Counted from the first letter of the stretch, positions 12,314 through 24,654 are shown. The stretch: 64,000 nucleotides of DNA from Acanthaster planci (GCF_001949145.1 NW_019091360.1:2788864-2852863); one strand, 5' to 3'. Translations and numbers: made by a program. Notes: generated from the letters alone by a model not told the origin.

Positions 12314-15300
12314 GCAAGTGAACATTTCAAATAATAGTTAAAAATAGAACAATGCATCCAAATCAACAAGGGACATTCCCCCGCAAAATCTCATCACACG
12401 AACATTGCTCATGACATGCTGCAAGAAAAAAATTCCGTAGGGCACAGAATGGGAAACAGTCCCACAGTCATTAAAATTTTGTTATTTCAGTCAATTTTGA
12501 TTTCTCTAGAAATATTTTTACTCTGTTTTGGAGAGAAATGCCCTTCCCAGTATGTTTAAAGAGACAATCATGAGAATCCTGGGAATTTATGTAAAAGAGA
12601 GGATCAGGTTCTGGCATGTGAGAAAAATTTACATACTCGTGCAAGGTAAAGATTCACTTCAGAAAGGGAAGAAAAACCAACACAGTAAAATTACTATTAA
12701 AGATGATGGCCCTCAAAAATACCAAACTGATCTCCATATTAACTAAACTTTTACATGTATGTGTTTAGTGTGGGTATTTGAGAGTTTGACTCCTGCAGTG
12801 GCATCTTGTTTTTACCGTCCTTGTTTTTGATTCACCCATTGTCGTTTTGCTCAGATGTCTTCAAGTTGGACAGGATTACCCCGGGCCATGTCCGCCGTGA
12901 CACGGACACGCGACAGCCCGTCATGCCCACTGCCCAGGATGACATTGACCCGGACCTGGAAACGGATGGGATCAATGACACTGAGGATGACATGAGCGGT
13001 AGGTCTCAATGGAACATTCTTCTTTGGTAATTTACAAGTGTAATATGATTCGTTGGTGGATAGTCAATACTATTGCCCTAAGGTATTTGACCTTGACAAA
13101 CTAGTCCCCGGTATAGGCCAAGGAAATAGTTTGTCAACTTACATGTACCAATTGGGGCTAATATCAACTATTTGCCCGAACTATACTTTAGGAGTGCAAA
13201 AAAACTGTGATTGAAATATGTGTGCTGCCATCTTTTAATATTCAGCTGGGAGGATGTTTTGACGTGGACAGTAACCCTTTGCGACTCTTCCCCAGTTGCT
13301 TTTGAAAGTGCACACCGAGTCTGTGAGGCATACAGTGTACATGTATTCAACATCTGCGTGGATCATGGCCAACGTGCCTGATAAACGGGTCATTCCACAA
13401 GGGTAGGGCACAATTTGTGATGGTGTCAGTTGTGACATCGGTTCTGTAAAAATGAACAGCTATTTTCCTGCATGCGGATTCCAAATTGACATTGTTATAC
13501 ATCTTGCAAGGCTGAATACAGAGGTGGGTGTTATTTTTACAGAGTACATGACCCTCTAATGACCCACTCTGCAGGTCATGACAGACGGTAAAAGTTACCC
13601 ATGCAACAAGGACACCATCACAAATTGTGCCCCAACCTCATGGAATGACCCAAACGGCAATGTACCAGTTGATACATGTGATGGTGAATGGACCCTTTAG
13701 GCCCCGAGCGACATCATTGTCAATGAATATGGCGCCCTCTCTTGTTTGTGCATGGAATCTATTGCTTTATATGCAGTGGTATGCATAAGTGGCATACGGT
13801 AGCACCACTCACCAATAGAATATTGGAATAAAGAATGTGGGAGTTACTGTGATATCTTTGATTTTGTGGCTCCTGTTGTAAGTTCGAGTTTTTTTCTCTT
13901 GACCAAAGAAGAATATCCTCATTTTTAAGTATTTTTGTTGTTCCCCACAGAATAGACAGATTATTGTGTAGGCTTGTGTGTAATTATGATCAGACATTTT
14001 GTCTAGCAAAGGTACTAATTTCACTGAACACGTGCCAAGGCTGCTTAGAATCTGCACTCTTTTTTTTGGCATGGAGCTTTTTAATTTAGATGTATTCTAA
14101 CTGGGGAATGGTATATCTAAAGTCTTTAAACTGAAAAGAAAAAAAGCCTTGATATCTAAATGTACATGTTCATGTATGTCTGTTTGCAGCATAGTGTCCA
14201 GATTTTCATAGAGCACTGATGAGTTTTTCAGGAAAAAAAACAAACTACTATCTGTGCTGGTAGACATGACGCACAAGGTGGAAAAATGTGTACAAAATAC
14301 CTGTGAAATCTGTGTATAAATTTAAACCTGTCAAAGAAGCACAGGATGATGTAATCAAGACGCCATTGATTGTGGAACTTGATGAAGTAGAGGTAGACAA
14401 AAAAAAAATCCGGAAAAAAGAAAGGCTTTGCTGTAACCACACGAAGTCAAAACTTCAGCCGCCTTTGTTTCCCCCGGCAGTTGATGGGGGCAACGAAGAT
14501 GCGACTTTGCAGAGGCCATCCAAGCGGGAGAGGGAGGAATTCTACAAGCGGATCGCCGACCGGCTGGCCCAGATTGGAGACCGGTTTGTGACAGAGTACC
14601 AGGAGGGTCTGGTCGGGGAAGATGAACAGGCCAGGCCCGTTTCCAGACAGCGAGCGAAGGAGCTGGGAGCATCAGCTGTTCCTATGGAAACGAGCGCGGC
14701 GGCAGCCACCGGAAGTACAGGTGAAGTTTACCGACTGCTCTGAATTTTTTGTTGAAAGAATCCATGCGGTGAAGTTTTCACCTTTTGTTTTGCACCTTCC
14801 TACTCTTCTGCAGTGTACCTTACAATAAGGTACACTCAGGAGTTGGCATCCTGTTAAGGTTGACAATAAAGAAAAGTCCAAGCTTCCCTCGACAACTGAG
14901 GGCGCTGTTACTGCAGTGTCAATCAGTGAAGATGCTCTTTGTTTTTACAGTTCAAATTATGAACCCAGAATTGCTCGAAAAAAAACGTCCGAGCAAGTGT
15001 TGCTTGTTGGCTTATTTTCAAATTACTTACACAACAATAAATCACTAAAGAAAAGGAAATTTAGGATGGCAAAAATGAAACAAAAAGTGAATTCTTGTGT
15101 GCCCACATCAATGCAATATTGAGATTTTTCTCCTTGGCCGACATCACAATTGTGCTTATTAATATTTAAATTTGCATTTGCATTGAAAACCCAAAATGAA
15201 AATAAGGTTAATTGAAACACAGGAGAAAAAATGCCCAAGTCAGTTTTTAGCTAAATGTTCAAAATGTTAAGCACAATATCACCCCTCATTCGGAATGCAC

Positions 15301-18300
15301 TTCGTGTTATTACTTAGCAACAGAATTGCTAAAATTCTCGTATACTAGTGGCGTGTGGGATTGCAAGGACAGTTTGTGTCTACATGTACCGTACATGTAC
15401 ACTTACTAAGATTACATTGCTGAGAAATGAATTTCAACTTCTAAAGCAAAACTGTGTTTTTCCCCTTTTTTTGGGGGGGAGGCTTTGAAATCTTTTCTGC
15501 CTTCCTGGTCAGTGTGAGTCTTTATGATTTGACAATGTTTGTCTTTATTGTGGTTCATCTTGTGGATAATTTTTCAGAATCGGATGATAGACTGTTTGAT
15601 AGCATCGGTGGAAGGATACGGGACCATGTGGATGGTTACCGAGTGGTAAGTAATATCAGCCAATCACAGTGAGGCCTGGTTACCGAGCAGCCCTGTCAAA
15701 CCGTTCAAATACATCGCCAGTGATGTTTCTTTGATCGTGTGGAACGTAGGCATCCACAGATTTTCCAGTGGCAAATATGGTCGTCCTGCTTTTAATTCTT
15801 GGTCCAGATGTGTACTGTGTACTCTAAGCAGCAACTAGAGCAAGTCACCTTCCCAATGCCCACCTTCCCCAGCTTCTATCAAATTGCACATGAAATGCTA
15901 AATCACATGCTTCTGAAGCTGAACATGCAGACTTCAAAACTGTCATTTGATACTAACAAGTTTGGAATACAGGTCTCTTTTTTGTATCAAAGGATATGTT
16001 ACAAGATTAATCATACATGTACATATATATGTTTGTAAGTTTAATAATAATTGATTGTTAAAAGAACTGACAATTTTTGAGTGTTTGTGCACATTTGCCA
16101 AAAATGTACGACACTATTTGCTGGATGCTATATTTTTTATTTCATTTTGGATTTGAGTTTGATTAAATTCATAGACTGATTTTTCTCAACATTTCAGTTG
16201 TCTTTTTAAAATCAGAAACCCAATTTATTTGTTAATTGATTATATTACTTTGATTTGATTTGCTTTTTGTGTTGCAATCCCTTCCTTAGATTGATCTGAT
16301 TGTTTTTGAGCTTCTTAGATTAAGTGGCAATCCAATACAATCGCCTTTGTCACCAGATGTAGATATCACCTCGGTACGTTTCAATAAGGTTTCTCATGCC
16401 ATAACGTGGTTCTTACGTGCTTCATCAAGTAGTTAGCTCATGCACTTTGGACACCCACTAACATGAGGTACTTACATTGACACGCCATTTCCACAATTCA
16501 GCTGCAGTCCATCAATTCCTGGTGGTCAGTGTTACTTTCCTTGAGTCCCATATGAGGCAGCTCAGGTTGGATTCCCACCTTGCACACTACGCAGATGGAA
16601 TTAGCACAGTGACACTGCCCTTTACATTCAATGTGATCAAGGTTCAAATCCTGTCACCTTGTGAAATTGATTCGTCCGCCAATTAACTCTGCAGGCTGTT
16701 TTGCCATCATGCCTCCAAAACGGACATATCCTTCATCATCACCTTCTATCAAAGTTTTTGGCTAAAATCTTAAGGTTAAAATTGGCTTAGATATATGCAT
16801 CAGTTCATCAGCACTGTAAGAAATGATAAGAAAAGATACTTAGCCAGTAAGAAATCAAATTTCCGCTGATGAAGTTACTCCTTCCTGACAGTGTATAGAG
16901 TGTTAGGGCAGTTCTGACATGTTAGTGCTTTGCTCACTTTCCACCTTTGCTAAACCCGAGGTTGAAGTCTTCTCTGAAGCACTGTGAGGATTTAGTCAGT
17001 AATTTTGTTAATGTAATCAGCTTTTTCAATTTTCTCTCTAAACAATTGCAGTGAAATCAGTTATATTATCATATTTAGTTTTTCCAAAATAATTGACACT
17101 CCTTGTAGTTAGGGAACCAAGTTTCCTGTTGAATTTTTTCAATCCTCAGCTTCAGTTTCAAATGTCATTTTTGAGAAAGCAAAATCAGAAAACATAAAGT
17201 TGTCTAATCCAAGACCCAAATTTGTTGTATTTTTATTTGGTTCCAACTGTGAATGTTTGAGAAATGAGTCTGTTTGAAAATGGACATGAAGCAGGATAAT
17301 GCAAAGCTGAGTTAAGAATATGGCCCGAGACTGTCTTTGCTTGATGCCATGGTCACAGAAGACAGGATTCTATGCAGACATCTTCATTCCTAACACCCCA
17401 TAACTGATCCTGCGTCATGCGCACACATTCATTCATGCATTTTGCCCTTCCATGAAAACCCGCACAGATGTAGCATATACGTATTTGTGCTGAAGCACAA
17501 GAGGCAAGGGGTGACATTGACAAGCAGGAGTTTGGTATAGCTTGAATTTTCTGTTCACAACGAGTAATCACAAACATTGGTGTACGCTGTCAGAATGCAC
17601 AGTGTACAAGTAACTCTGTGACAAGAATGACTTTGTAACTGAGCAAGTCTTGTTGAGATAGCTAACATGCTGGCTTAACCCATGGAATGTGGGACATCTA
17701 AATTTCGTTAACAATTTCCACACTAATTGTTCCTATTTATAATTCTCTCCCTTCCTCTTGGCCTTACCCGCGCCCTGTATACACACTGCAATTGACTCCA
17801 TTTATGTTGTATCGGTTGGTCTTTGAACCCCCCCTCCCCACACCAAAAACCCCCTCCCAAACATTTCATTTTACCACCGATATCGCTGCCACAAAATGCT
17901 TTCTTCATCCTCTTGTCACTTTGTTGACACTCTCCATTCCCCATTCCATCCTTCTCCATCCCTGCTCGCTCTCTTGAAATTCCCTGATTGTTTTGTCGTA
18001 ATTTTGAAATATTTTGAAAAAAAAATACCCAAACCAACAACCCACTCCCTGATGCTACCCCCCGCGGCCCTCCTCGCCGCTTCACAGCGCTACAACCAAC
18101 GCCTCCACCCCTTCTCGCCACAGTCAATCCTGTCAGTGGTCCGCGACCACACCTACGCCGTCTTCCGCGACACCATGCAGTCGCTTATTGGCCAGGACAC
18201 GGGCTTTGAGCAGCTGGCCTTGGTCTTCAAGTTCACCAAGCTGGCCATGAAGATCGCCCAGCACTATGGCTCCCGGGCCAACGAAATCAAGGACAACAGC

Positions 18301-18818
18301 CTACGGTACATCGGAGATCGCTTTGCTGCCTGGCTGGACAGCCAAGGGGGCTGGGTAAGGACAAAACTGAATGAGACTCTGTCAATGGTAGCCCTCATAG
18401 AAAGTGAATGACTCACAATATACTTTATCTGCCAAGTAGCATGATGCCCAGTGCTGCAGTTAACGTTGTAAGGTTACACCATCCTCAATCCCTCAAAATC
18501 CTAAAATCCAAGTTGTGGGATTTGAAAGATCTGGGTACTATTATGTCAAGTGAATTTCGCATGAAGACTCACTCGTATACTATGCATAAGTGTGATGTGA
18601 TTGATTTTGGAACTTTCTGCAGTCTAGCATTTTGTGCACCAGTGATATTGTGTTTTAATCGATCCAGAAAGATTCTCATGTGAAATGTTGTTTCCACTGA
18701 TATTCAAGTCTTGTTCCCATTTTCTTCCTCTGACATCCTGCAGGGAGCTGTGGTGTATTCCAGTGACTCAGAAGAAGAAGGGGAACAGTCTCATCATGGG
18801 GAATCGGAAATTGATTAA
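10837..18818 (+). CDS. Bcl-2-family protein, BCL2L12/BCL2L14(Bcl-G)/BID-like, ~744 aa, 6 coding exons (whole gene span)
   Basis: join(10837-12313,12855-12998,14481-14720,15578-15645,18124-18354,18744-18818) = 2235 nt with all splice phases compatible. BH3 IADRLAQIGDRF; BH2 FAAWLDSQGGW followed by the phase-0 intron typical of the Bcl-2 family; no C-terminal TM helix; ends ESEID*. Confidence 0.85.
12855..12998 (+). CDS. Bcl-2-family gene exon 2 (contains LETD|G)
   Basis: TTTTGCTCAG acceptor, G|GTAGGT donor, phase 1-1, open frame DVFKLDRITPG...DLETDGINDTEDDMS. Confidence 0.8.
13387..13651 (+). mobile_element. MITE family 1 (~265 bp, ~41-bp TIR GGGTCATTCCA..., 4-bp TSD AAAC)
   Basis: TIRs GGGTCATTCCACAAGGGTAGGGCACAATTTGTGATGGTGTC / GACACCATCACAAATTGTGCCCCAACCTCATGGAATGACCC; further copies at 7050 and 50337. 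Confidence 0.8.
14481..14720 (+). CDS. Bcl-2-family gene exon 3 (BH3 motif)
   Basis: CCCCGGCAG acceptor, ACAG|GTGAAG donor; EEFYKRIADRLAQIGDRFVTEY matches LxxxGD. Confidence 0.88.
15578..15645 (+). CDS. Bcl-2-family gene exon 4 (68 nt)
   Basis: TTTTTCAG acceptor and GTG|GTAAGT donor. This phase 1-0 exon is needed to join exon 3 to exon 5. Reads ESDDRLFDSIGGRIRDHVDGYRV. Confidence 0.75.
18124..18354 (+). CDS. Bcl-2-family gene exon 5 (core helices, BH2)
   Basis: CCACAG acceptor; SILSVVRDHTYAVFRDTM...FEQLALVFKFT...YIGDRFAAWLDSQGGW|GTAAGG. Confidence 0.9.
18744..18818 (+). CDS. Bcl-2-family gene terminal exon 6
   Basis: CCTGCAG acceptor, phase 0, GAVVYSSDSEEEGEQSHHGESEID*. Confidence 0.75.
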   Translation, partial: GAVVYSSDSEEEGEQSHHGESEID

Positions 18819-21326
18819 TGATGTCATTGTGAGATCACTGCTCATTCTTGCAGAAAACTGTCAATTCCTGAAATGAATTTTTGTTACAGGTATCTAAATG
18901 TATATATGTATTTCTTTGAATGTGTCCACACTTAAAGAATAGAACCTTTGCTTCTTTCTCTCCTTTTACTCCCACATGGATTAGAGATGATATTTTTCAA
19001 GTTTGTTTTGTGCTGTACGACTGTACGTTTGTAATTTTGTAAGAGGTAGGCCCAACTTAGGGCTGCTAAATATGCTAAGCCAATTTGTGCTGTACAGAAA
19101 TCGGTAAAAAATCCGTTTACAACGAGTGTACTATACAGTGCATGTTTTGGTGGTTGGTAACCAGTTTTTCTCAGCCTATTCTCTCTTTGCAAAAACTTAT
19201 AGCCGGTTCAGAGAACCAGGAACGACTATAAATGGACCGTGTTTACATGTAATTGTGTGAAGCTAGCAGTTCGATGTTCTTTATATGGTGGCACCTTGCA
19301 AAGAGTGAATACTGTCTAAGCTCCACACATCTGTGGTCTTAGTAGGTCTTTGAAATTAGGTCTTGGCACAAGTTGTCAATGTCCACTTGCCCAACTGGTG
19401 CAACCTGGATCAGACTCCGTGGTGACATGCTCATGAATTTTTTTGAGAATGGTAAAAACTCAGTGAAAAGCACCTTGTCACTGTCGCGATGCAACCTTGC
19501 TGCTAGGCAGCAGCGTTTTTTCCTCCGTGATGTCTCGTAGTGTTTTTCAAATTCTTGAATAAGAATCATGTTTCCACATTTCTTAGGAATCGATTTCCAT
19601 AGATTTGATTCTAGCAAGTCTGCAGCAAATACGGAAGGGCCTGGACATGTCCACGGGCTAATGTATGTGTGATTTCTTTGAATTGTGTGCTGGAAAATTT
19701 TGATTTCAAAGCAGTTTAAGATAAACAGTTCTATCATGATAGAAATCTGTTGTATTTGTTGGGATGGGTTGACCATTGTACAAGTACATGCAACCACCAG
19801 ATAGATGTCTTCTTCCATGTACCTTTTGCCGATGAAGATTGCAATTAATTTGCAGTGGAATTGCAATTCCTGGGTGGAATAGGAGTAGATTCCAAAACTA
19901 CTGGAATCGCTGAGCACAAATGTTTCTGCAGTGTGACACCTATCAGCACCAGTCTTCAATGCAGTCTTAAAAGCGAGACTTGATAACCAGTTCCGAGGCA
20001 TTTGTTTTCCACTGACCTTGCTCAGACATACCTCGCTTGTCATTAGCTCTGAACTTTCCTGGTTGTTCTGTCTCATACCCTGAATCCAAGTACAGGTTTA
20101 TTTGTTTCATTTCTTTAAGTCACATGTTTCATTTCCACTGTTGGCAGGGCACAGTTTGTAAATAAGGAATGCTTCACCACAATAGATTTTGGAAATGTGA
20201 TCCTTAATTTTTTTGTTTATGTTTTTGTCAATGTACGGAACATGACTTACCTAAAATCCAGTATTCATATACCAGATCTTTATACACGTGTAATTTGTAA
20301 CTCAGATGGTTAATAAACTTGTACATATTCTGTAAGATATCTTGAATTTTAAGAGTGATACATATAAAAAAGTATATCAATCTTTATGAAACGTAGAGTG
20401 GAAATTGATGTACAAACCAGATCAGCTGCAATTAACAATTATTTGGTTATGTACTTAGACGTATGTTTATTCAGGTGTTATTGACCATGGAATTTATGTC
20501 ATTACTTTGATTTTAGTATTTGAAACTTTGTTTTAAATTTCTAGTGCTTGTATTGATTTTCGCTCGCGCATTTTAGAAGACAAATTTTGGCAAGTATGAT
20601 AATATATGTACTGCTCGTGTTAGCCTTGTTTTCCTGGATATTGAAAAAAGAGCCATACTTAATCTGCCCAAAATGTCACAGTGTATTGTAACCAAATGTA
20701 CAAACTTCTGGTAAATTTCATGTTATCACAGCTATAACAGGAATGAACTGTAAAGTACTGATTCCATCAAATTCATGCTAATTGATTTCTTGGATTTTAG
20801 AGTAATTGGGTCTGGGATAATTATTTTCAAAATAATATGAGCCTTTCTGACATCAAAAATAAAATACAGTTCGATGAATTTTGATCCACATTTTGAAATT
20901 TAATGACAGTGGTGCATATTTGCATCATTAGTAACATCTGCTTGTTGTCTTGAAACGGTGCCAAGTTTGAGGCAGCATTATAAACACTCGGCTCTGTTAC
21001 ACACAGTACCATTCTTGGCCAATTTTCATTTTAAGTACCTGGGAATCCTATTTAATATTCACAGTACATTGTGACTGTGACATTTGAACTGCCTGTTTTC
21101 AACAATGATCTCATTGTTGTTCCTGGCAATGATCCATCATTGCCACTAAATCTGATAGTCGTAGCATGATCCAACAAGGCCTTTTGCTTTGTTGCCATCA
21201 AAGTGGTCAAAAGTATCGTGCACTTAACTAAGCCATGTGGTATAATGTGTCATGTGCATGTAGATCCAGTGTTTGCATTCCGTACCAACTGATTTTAGAT
21301 GACATGTTCATTGAATCGTTCCCATG

Positions 21327-21864
21327 GATTAAGTCAAGCAAAGAATATTTGGTGTTGAGTATTCTCATTCATTGCTGCTTGGTGACTGCAAGCCTTTTTC
21401 AAAACATCTCATGATGCTTTGACGACGGTTTATTCTCGGCATAAAGATTTCTGATCTTTTGGCTAATCTACCAGTCAGATCTATTGAGGGGGGCACTAAC
21501 TTTTTTGATGTTGTTGGAACTTTGACAAACTTTGAGATCTCTTGCTCCAGGACAGTGAGTAATACTCCAAAGCACCTGTTTCTTCTTGTTGATTGAGTCA
21601 AGCAAAGAATATTTGGTGTTGAGTATTCTCATTCATTGCTGCTTGGTGACTGCAAGCCTTTTTCAAAACATCTCATGATGCTTTGACGACGGTTTATTCT
21701 CGGCATAAAGATTTCTGATCTTTTGGCTAATCTACCAGTCAGATCTATTGAGGGGGGCACTAACTTTTTTGATGTTGTTGGAACTTTGACAAACTTTGAG
21801 ATCTCTTGCTCCAGGACAGTGAGTAATACTCCAAAGCACCTGTTTCTTCTTGTTGATTGAGTCA
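21327..21864. repeat. Near-perfect 264-bp direct tandem duplication
   Basis: Identical ORF peptides at 21365-21601 and 21629-21883; period 264; GATTRAGTCA at 21327, 21591 and 21855. Confidence 0.95.
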
Positions 21865-24061
21865 GGTTTGAAATACTGGACACTGGGGGATTCAGCTGGG
21901 TAAAGCATGCATCAGGGGCCTAGTCTGTTGACTGCAAACACTTTGATGAAGAAACCTAACTCTACAGGGCCTTAGAATTCATCAACATCTCCAGAATCCC
22001 AAAAGCCAAGCTTTCAAGATCCTTAGTAAAGTCTTACTTTGTGTACCTTAAGTTACAGAATTTTTTCCCTAATGCAAATCAGGTTCTGAAATTTGCCAAC
22101 TGTGCCCGAATTGTCCACCCATCATGCACATATTTACTAGCAATTTCTTTCTTTTTTATAAATTTTTTGACATCGTTTTATGACCAGATTTGTTTTTGTC
22201 AGTTCACTTTGTTAAACAAAGTGAGTATTCCCTACACCCTGTGAGATTCAATGTCGTGTCAGTTACGTGCCTTTTGACTAAAAATTTTCATTTAAATTTC
22301 TTCCTCTTGATATTTAATCCATTCAGAATTGTAAATACATGGACTGTATCTCAGCCACTCCACTGGTTTTTAGAACCGTTACATTTACATGTACAATTTT
22401 ATGTACATTATACATGTATCTCCTGCCATGTGCGAAAACTTCCCACTACATTTATATGTGATAAAAATTCCACAAATTTAAAGAAGTACTTTTTTCAGTA
22501 CCTTCTTTTAACAAAGTGGTGACCTTTTTAACGCATCACTTATTCATGCGGTACATTTTAACAGTCTGTAATTTGTCATGGTTATGTGTAAGATGTATCA
22601 TTCGGTCAGTTCTTTAAAGAAATTGTGAGTTTCCTCAAGGGTAGTTTGCTGTTTTGTTTGTTTTTTTTCTTTCAGCATTCAAGTTTGCAAATCAAAAATG
22701 TGAATAGTGACACACCGTTCCATCATGAGTTCAGATTTGTGGGAATATCCAGCGCCATCAGAAATGTGAATTTTGTAGGTAAAAACTTTAACACTGCGAC
22801 ACTAGTATCTTTAAAATGAGCGTGATATACTGTATTTGTAAAGGTCATGAAGGATTTTTGGTGCTCAAGTATGCCTGGATCTTATATGTTAGAAGGGAAG
22901 TTATAAAGAAATGGCTTGTTAGAGACTGTAGAAATTGCGCCCCCATTTTTATAAGAATTGTAATATAATCCCTGTAGAAAATGCCATTTTCATGAGTACA
23001 TATGATGTAGGGATCGTCTTTAAGAACGTAAACTGTATAAAGATGTCAAGAGTACTTAGTGTACATGTATATTCCATATTGTAGAGTACTACATATTTAT
23101 TTCTAAGATATGTTTGTCTTCTGTTTTTAAATGCTGCATTTGAGAACTGAAGTGAATTTTTCACAGTTTTGATTTCATGGTAATCGACGGTTATGAGCTT
23201 GGACAAAATTTTGTTCGAATCTATCATTTTTCCTGCGTGGTACAAATTACCTATTATGCTGAAAATGTGTCACACAAGATTTGTGCCTATTTTTGGGTGT
23301 GGAGAAAGGGTTAGTAAGGGTCAACACAATTGAGTTACTGGCCTGTGTGGAGATTTATTATTTGCTCATAATGTTCTGCTTTGCAAAAATGGGTTACCAG
23401 TGTAAATGCCATGCAATGTCTTTTGCAGCTGGTACTCGGTAGATGTTCGTCAAGCATCTGGCGTTTAGCCTGAGGAGAATTTCCCTCTTTGTGAAGTTGC
23501 ACTTGGGGTCAGGAATGAACAATTTTTGTCCAAGACGAAACTTAAGTAATGTGCAGGTGTGCTTAATCACGATATTAAGGAGAGAACCAATTTGCAAGTT
23601 GTTTGGGAATGTTAGGCAGCTGTAAGTGAACCATGGACCAATGATGCATATTTCTGCAATCCTGCTTTTAAAGTAGAGGGCCATTTATGTCCCACTTTAG
23701 TGGAAAAAAGAATGGGATTGAGCTTTTGAAGCTACTGCAATATTGTGTTCAAAACATGTTAAGATATAATTTTAGAATGAGCAGATATGTCAGTCCATGC
23801 ATACATGCATGTGGTATCCAAGCAAGCTTCTTTTGGCATGGCTCACAGCCAGTTGTGCTTGATATTCATGAAACTTGTTTTGCTGTGTAGTTAAAAGTTG
23901 CATTAAAGATGGAATTAAAGACGAATTGAAAAGGAACAAAGAGCTTTATTGGCCCTGCATGTTATTTTCTTCCCAGATTAAATATGTTTTTGAAGTATAG
24001 AGATTCCTTGTGTAAACATTTTACTGTCATATCCACCGTCCTTCGGAGAAAACCTACGGGG

Positions 24062-24185
24062 CTCTTTTTGGTGAGCTGCAAAGCAAGTGCGAGCCTTTGT
24101 AATACCGATATCCGTCTTCTGTCCGTCCGTCGGGGCTGCCGGCCGGCCGTCTGGCCGTCCTTCCTCAAATGTTAAAGTTTTTCCT
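24062..24185 (+). mobile_element. Helentron/DINE-1-like non-autonomous element fragment
   Basis: T-rich start, short sub-terminal sequence, then a (GTCC/GGCC)n microsatellite, the layout typical of HINE/DINE-1 elements. Confidence 0.45.
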
Positions 24186-24654
24186 TGCAGATGTTAAAAT
24201 GTGACATTGATTGCTTGTTTGCTTCTTGGAATTCTGTCTGTAATTAAATAGTCTCATATGGCATTAATGCTTAGAAACTTATGAATTTAATGAAAAATTA
24301 TAAAAGTTGAATGTTAAAGTTTTTAGTTGTATTGTGTACTTAACCTGTAGTACATACAGTACATACATGTATGTACTGAGCATTCCTGTAATGCACATGT
24401 ATGTATGTACATGTATGTGTAGACAGTGTTCAGACACATACAAATGTACATATGCAGCATGTGGGAAAATGTAAGGGGTGGGGAGGACTCCAAGTGACAG
24501 ATTAAGATGTTTGTTGGGGGAGGGGTATCTGTAGGAGGAGGATCATGGGGACAAGGTACATGTATGTAGAAAGTGGATGAAATGCTGGATAAGGTTAGTG
24601 TAATGGTTGGGCTGGATAAGTGGGATGATGGGACAGCCAGAATAAGAAGTGAAG

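Noticed and set aside
10929..12317. Minus-strand ORFs (10929-11135, 11410-11622, 11490-11942, 12075-12317)
   Set aside because: Antisense shadows of the GC-rich coding exon
17723..18123. N-terminal part of ORF 17896-18411 and the antisense Gly-rich ORF 17723-18127
   Set aside because: C-rich intronic pyrimidine tract; Bcl-2 similarity starts only after the CAG acceptor at 18123
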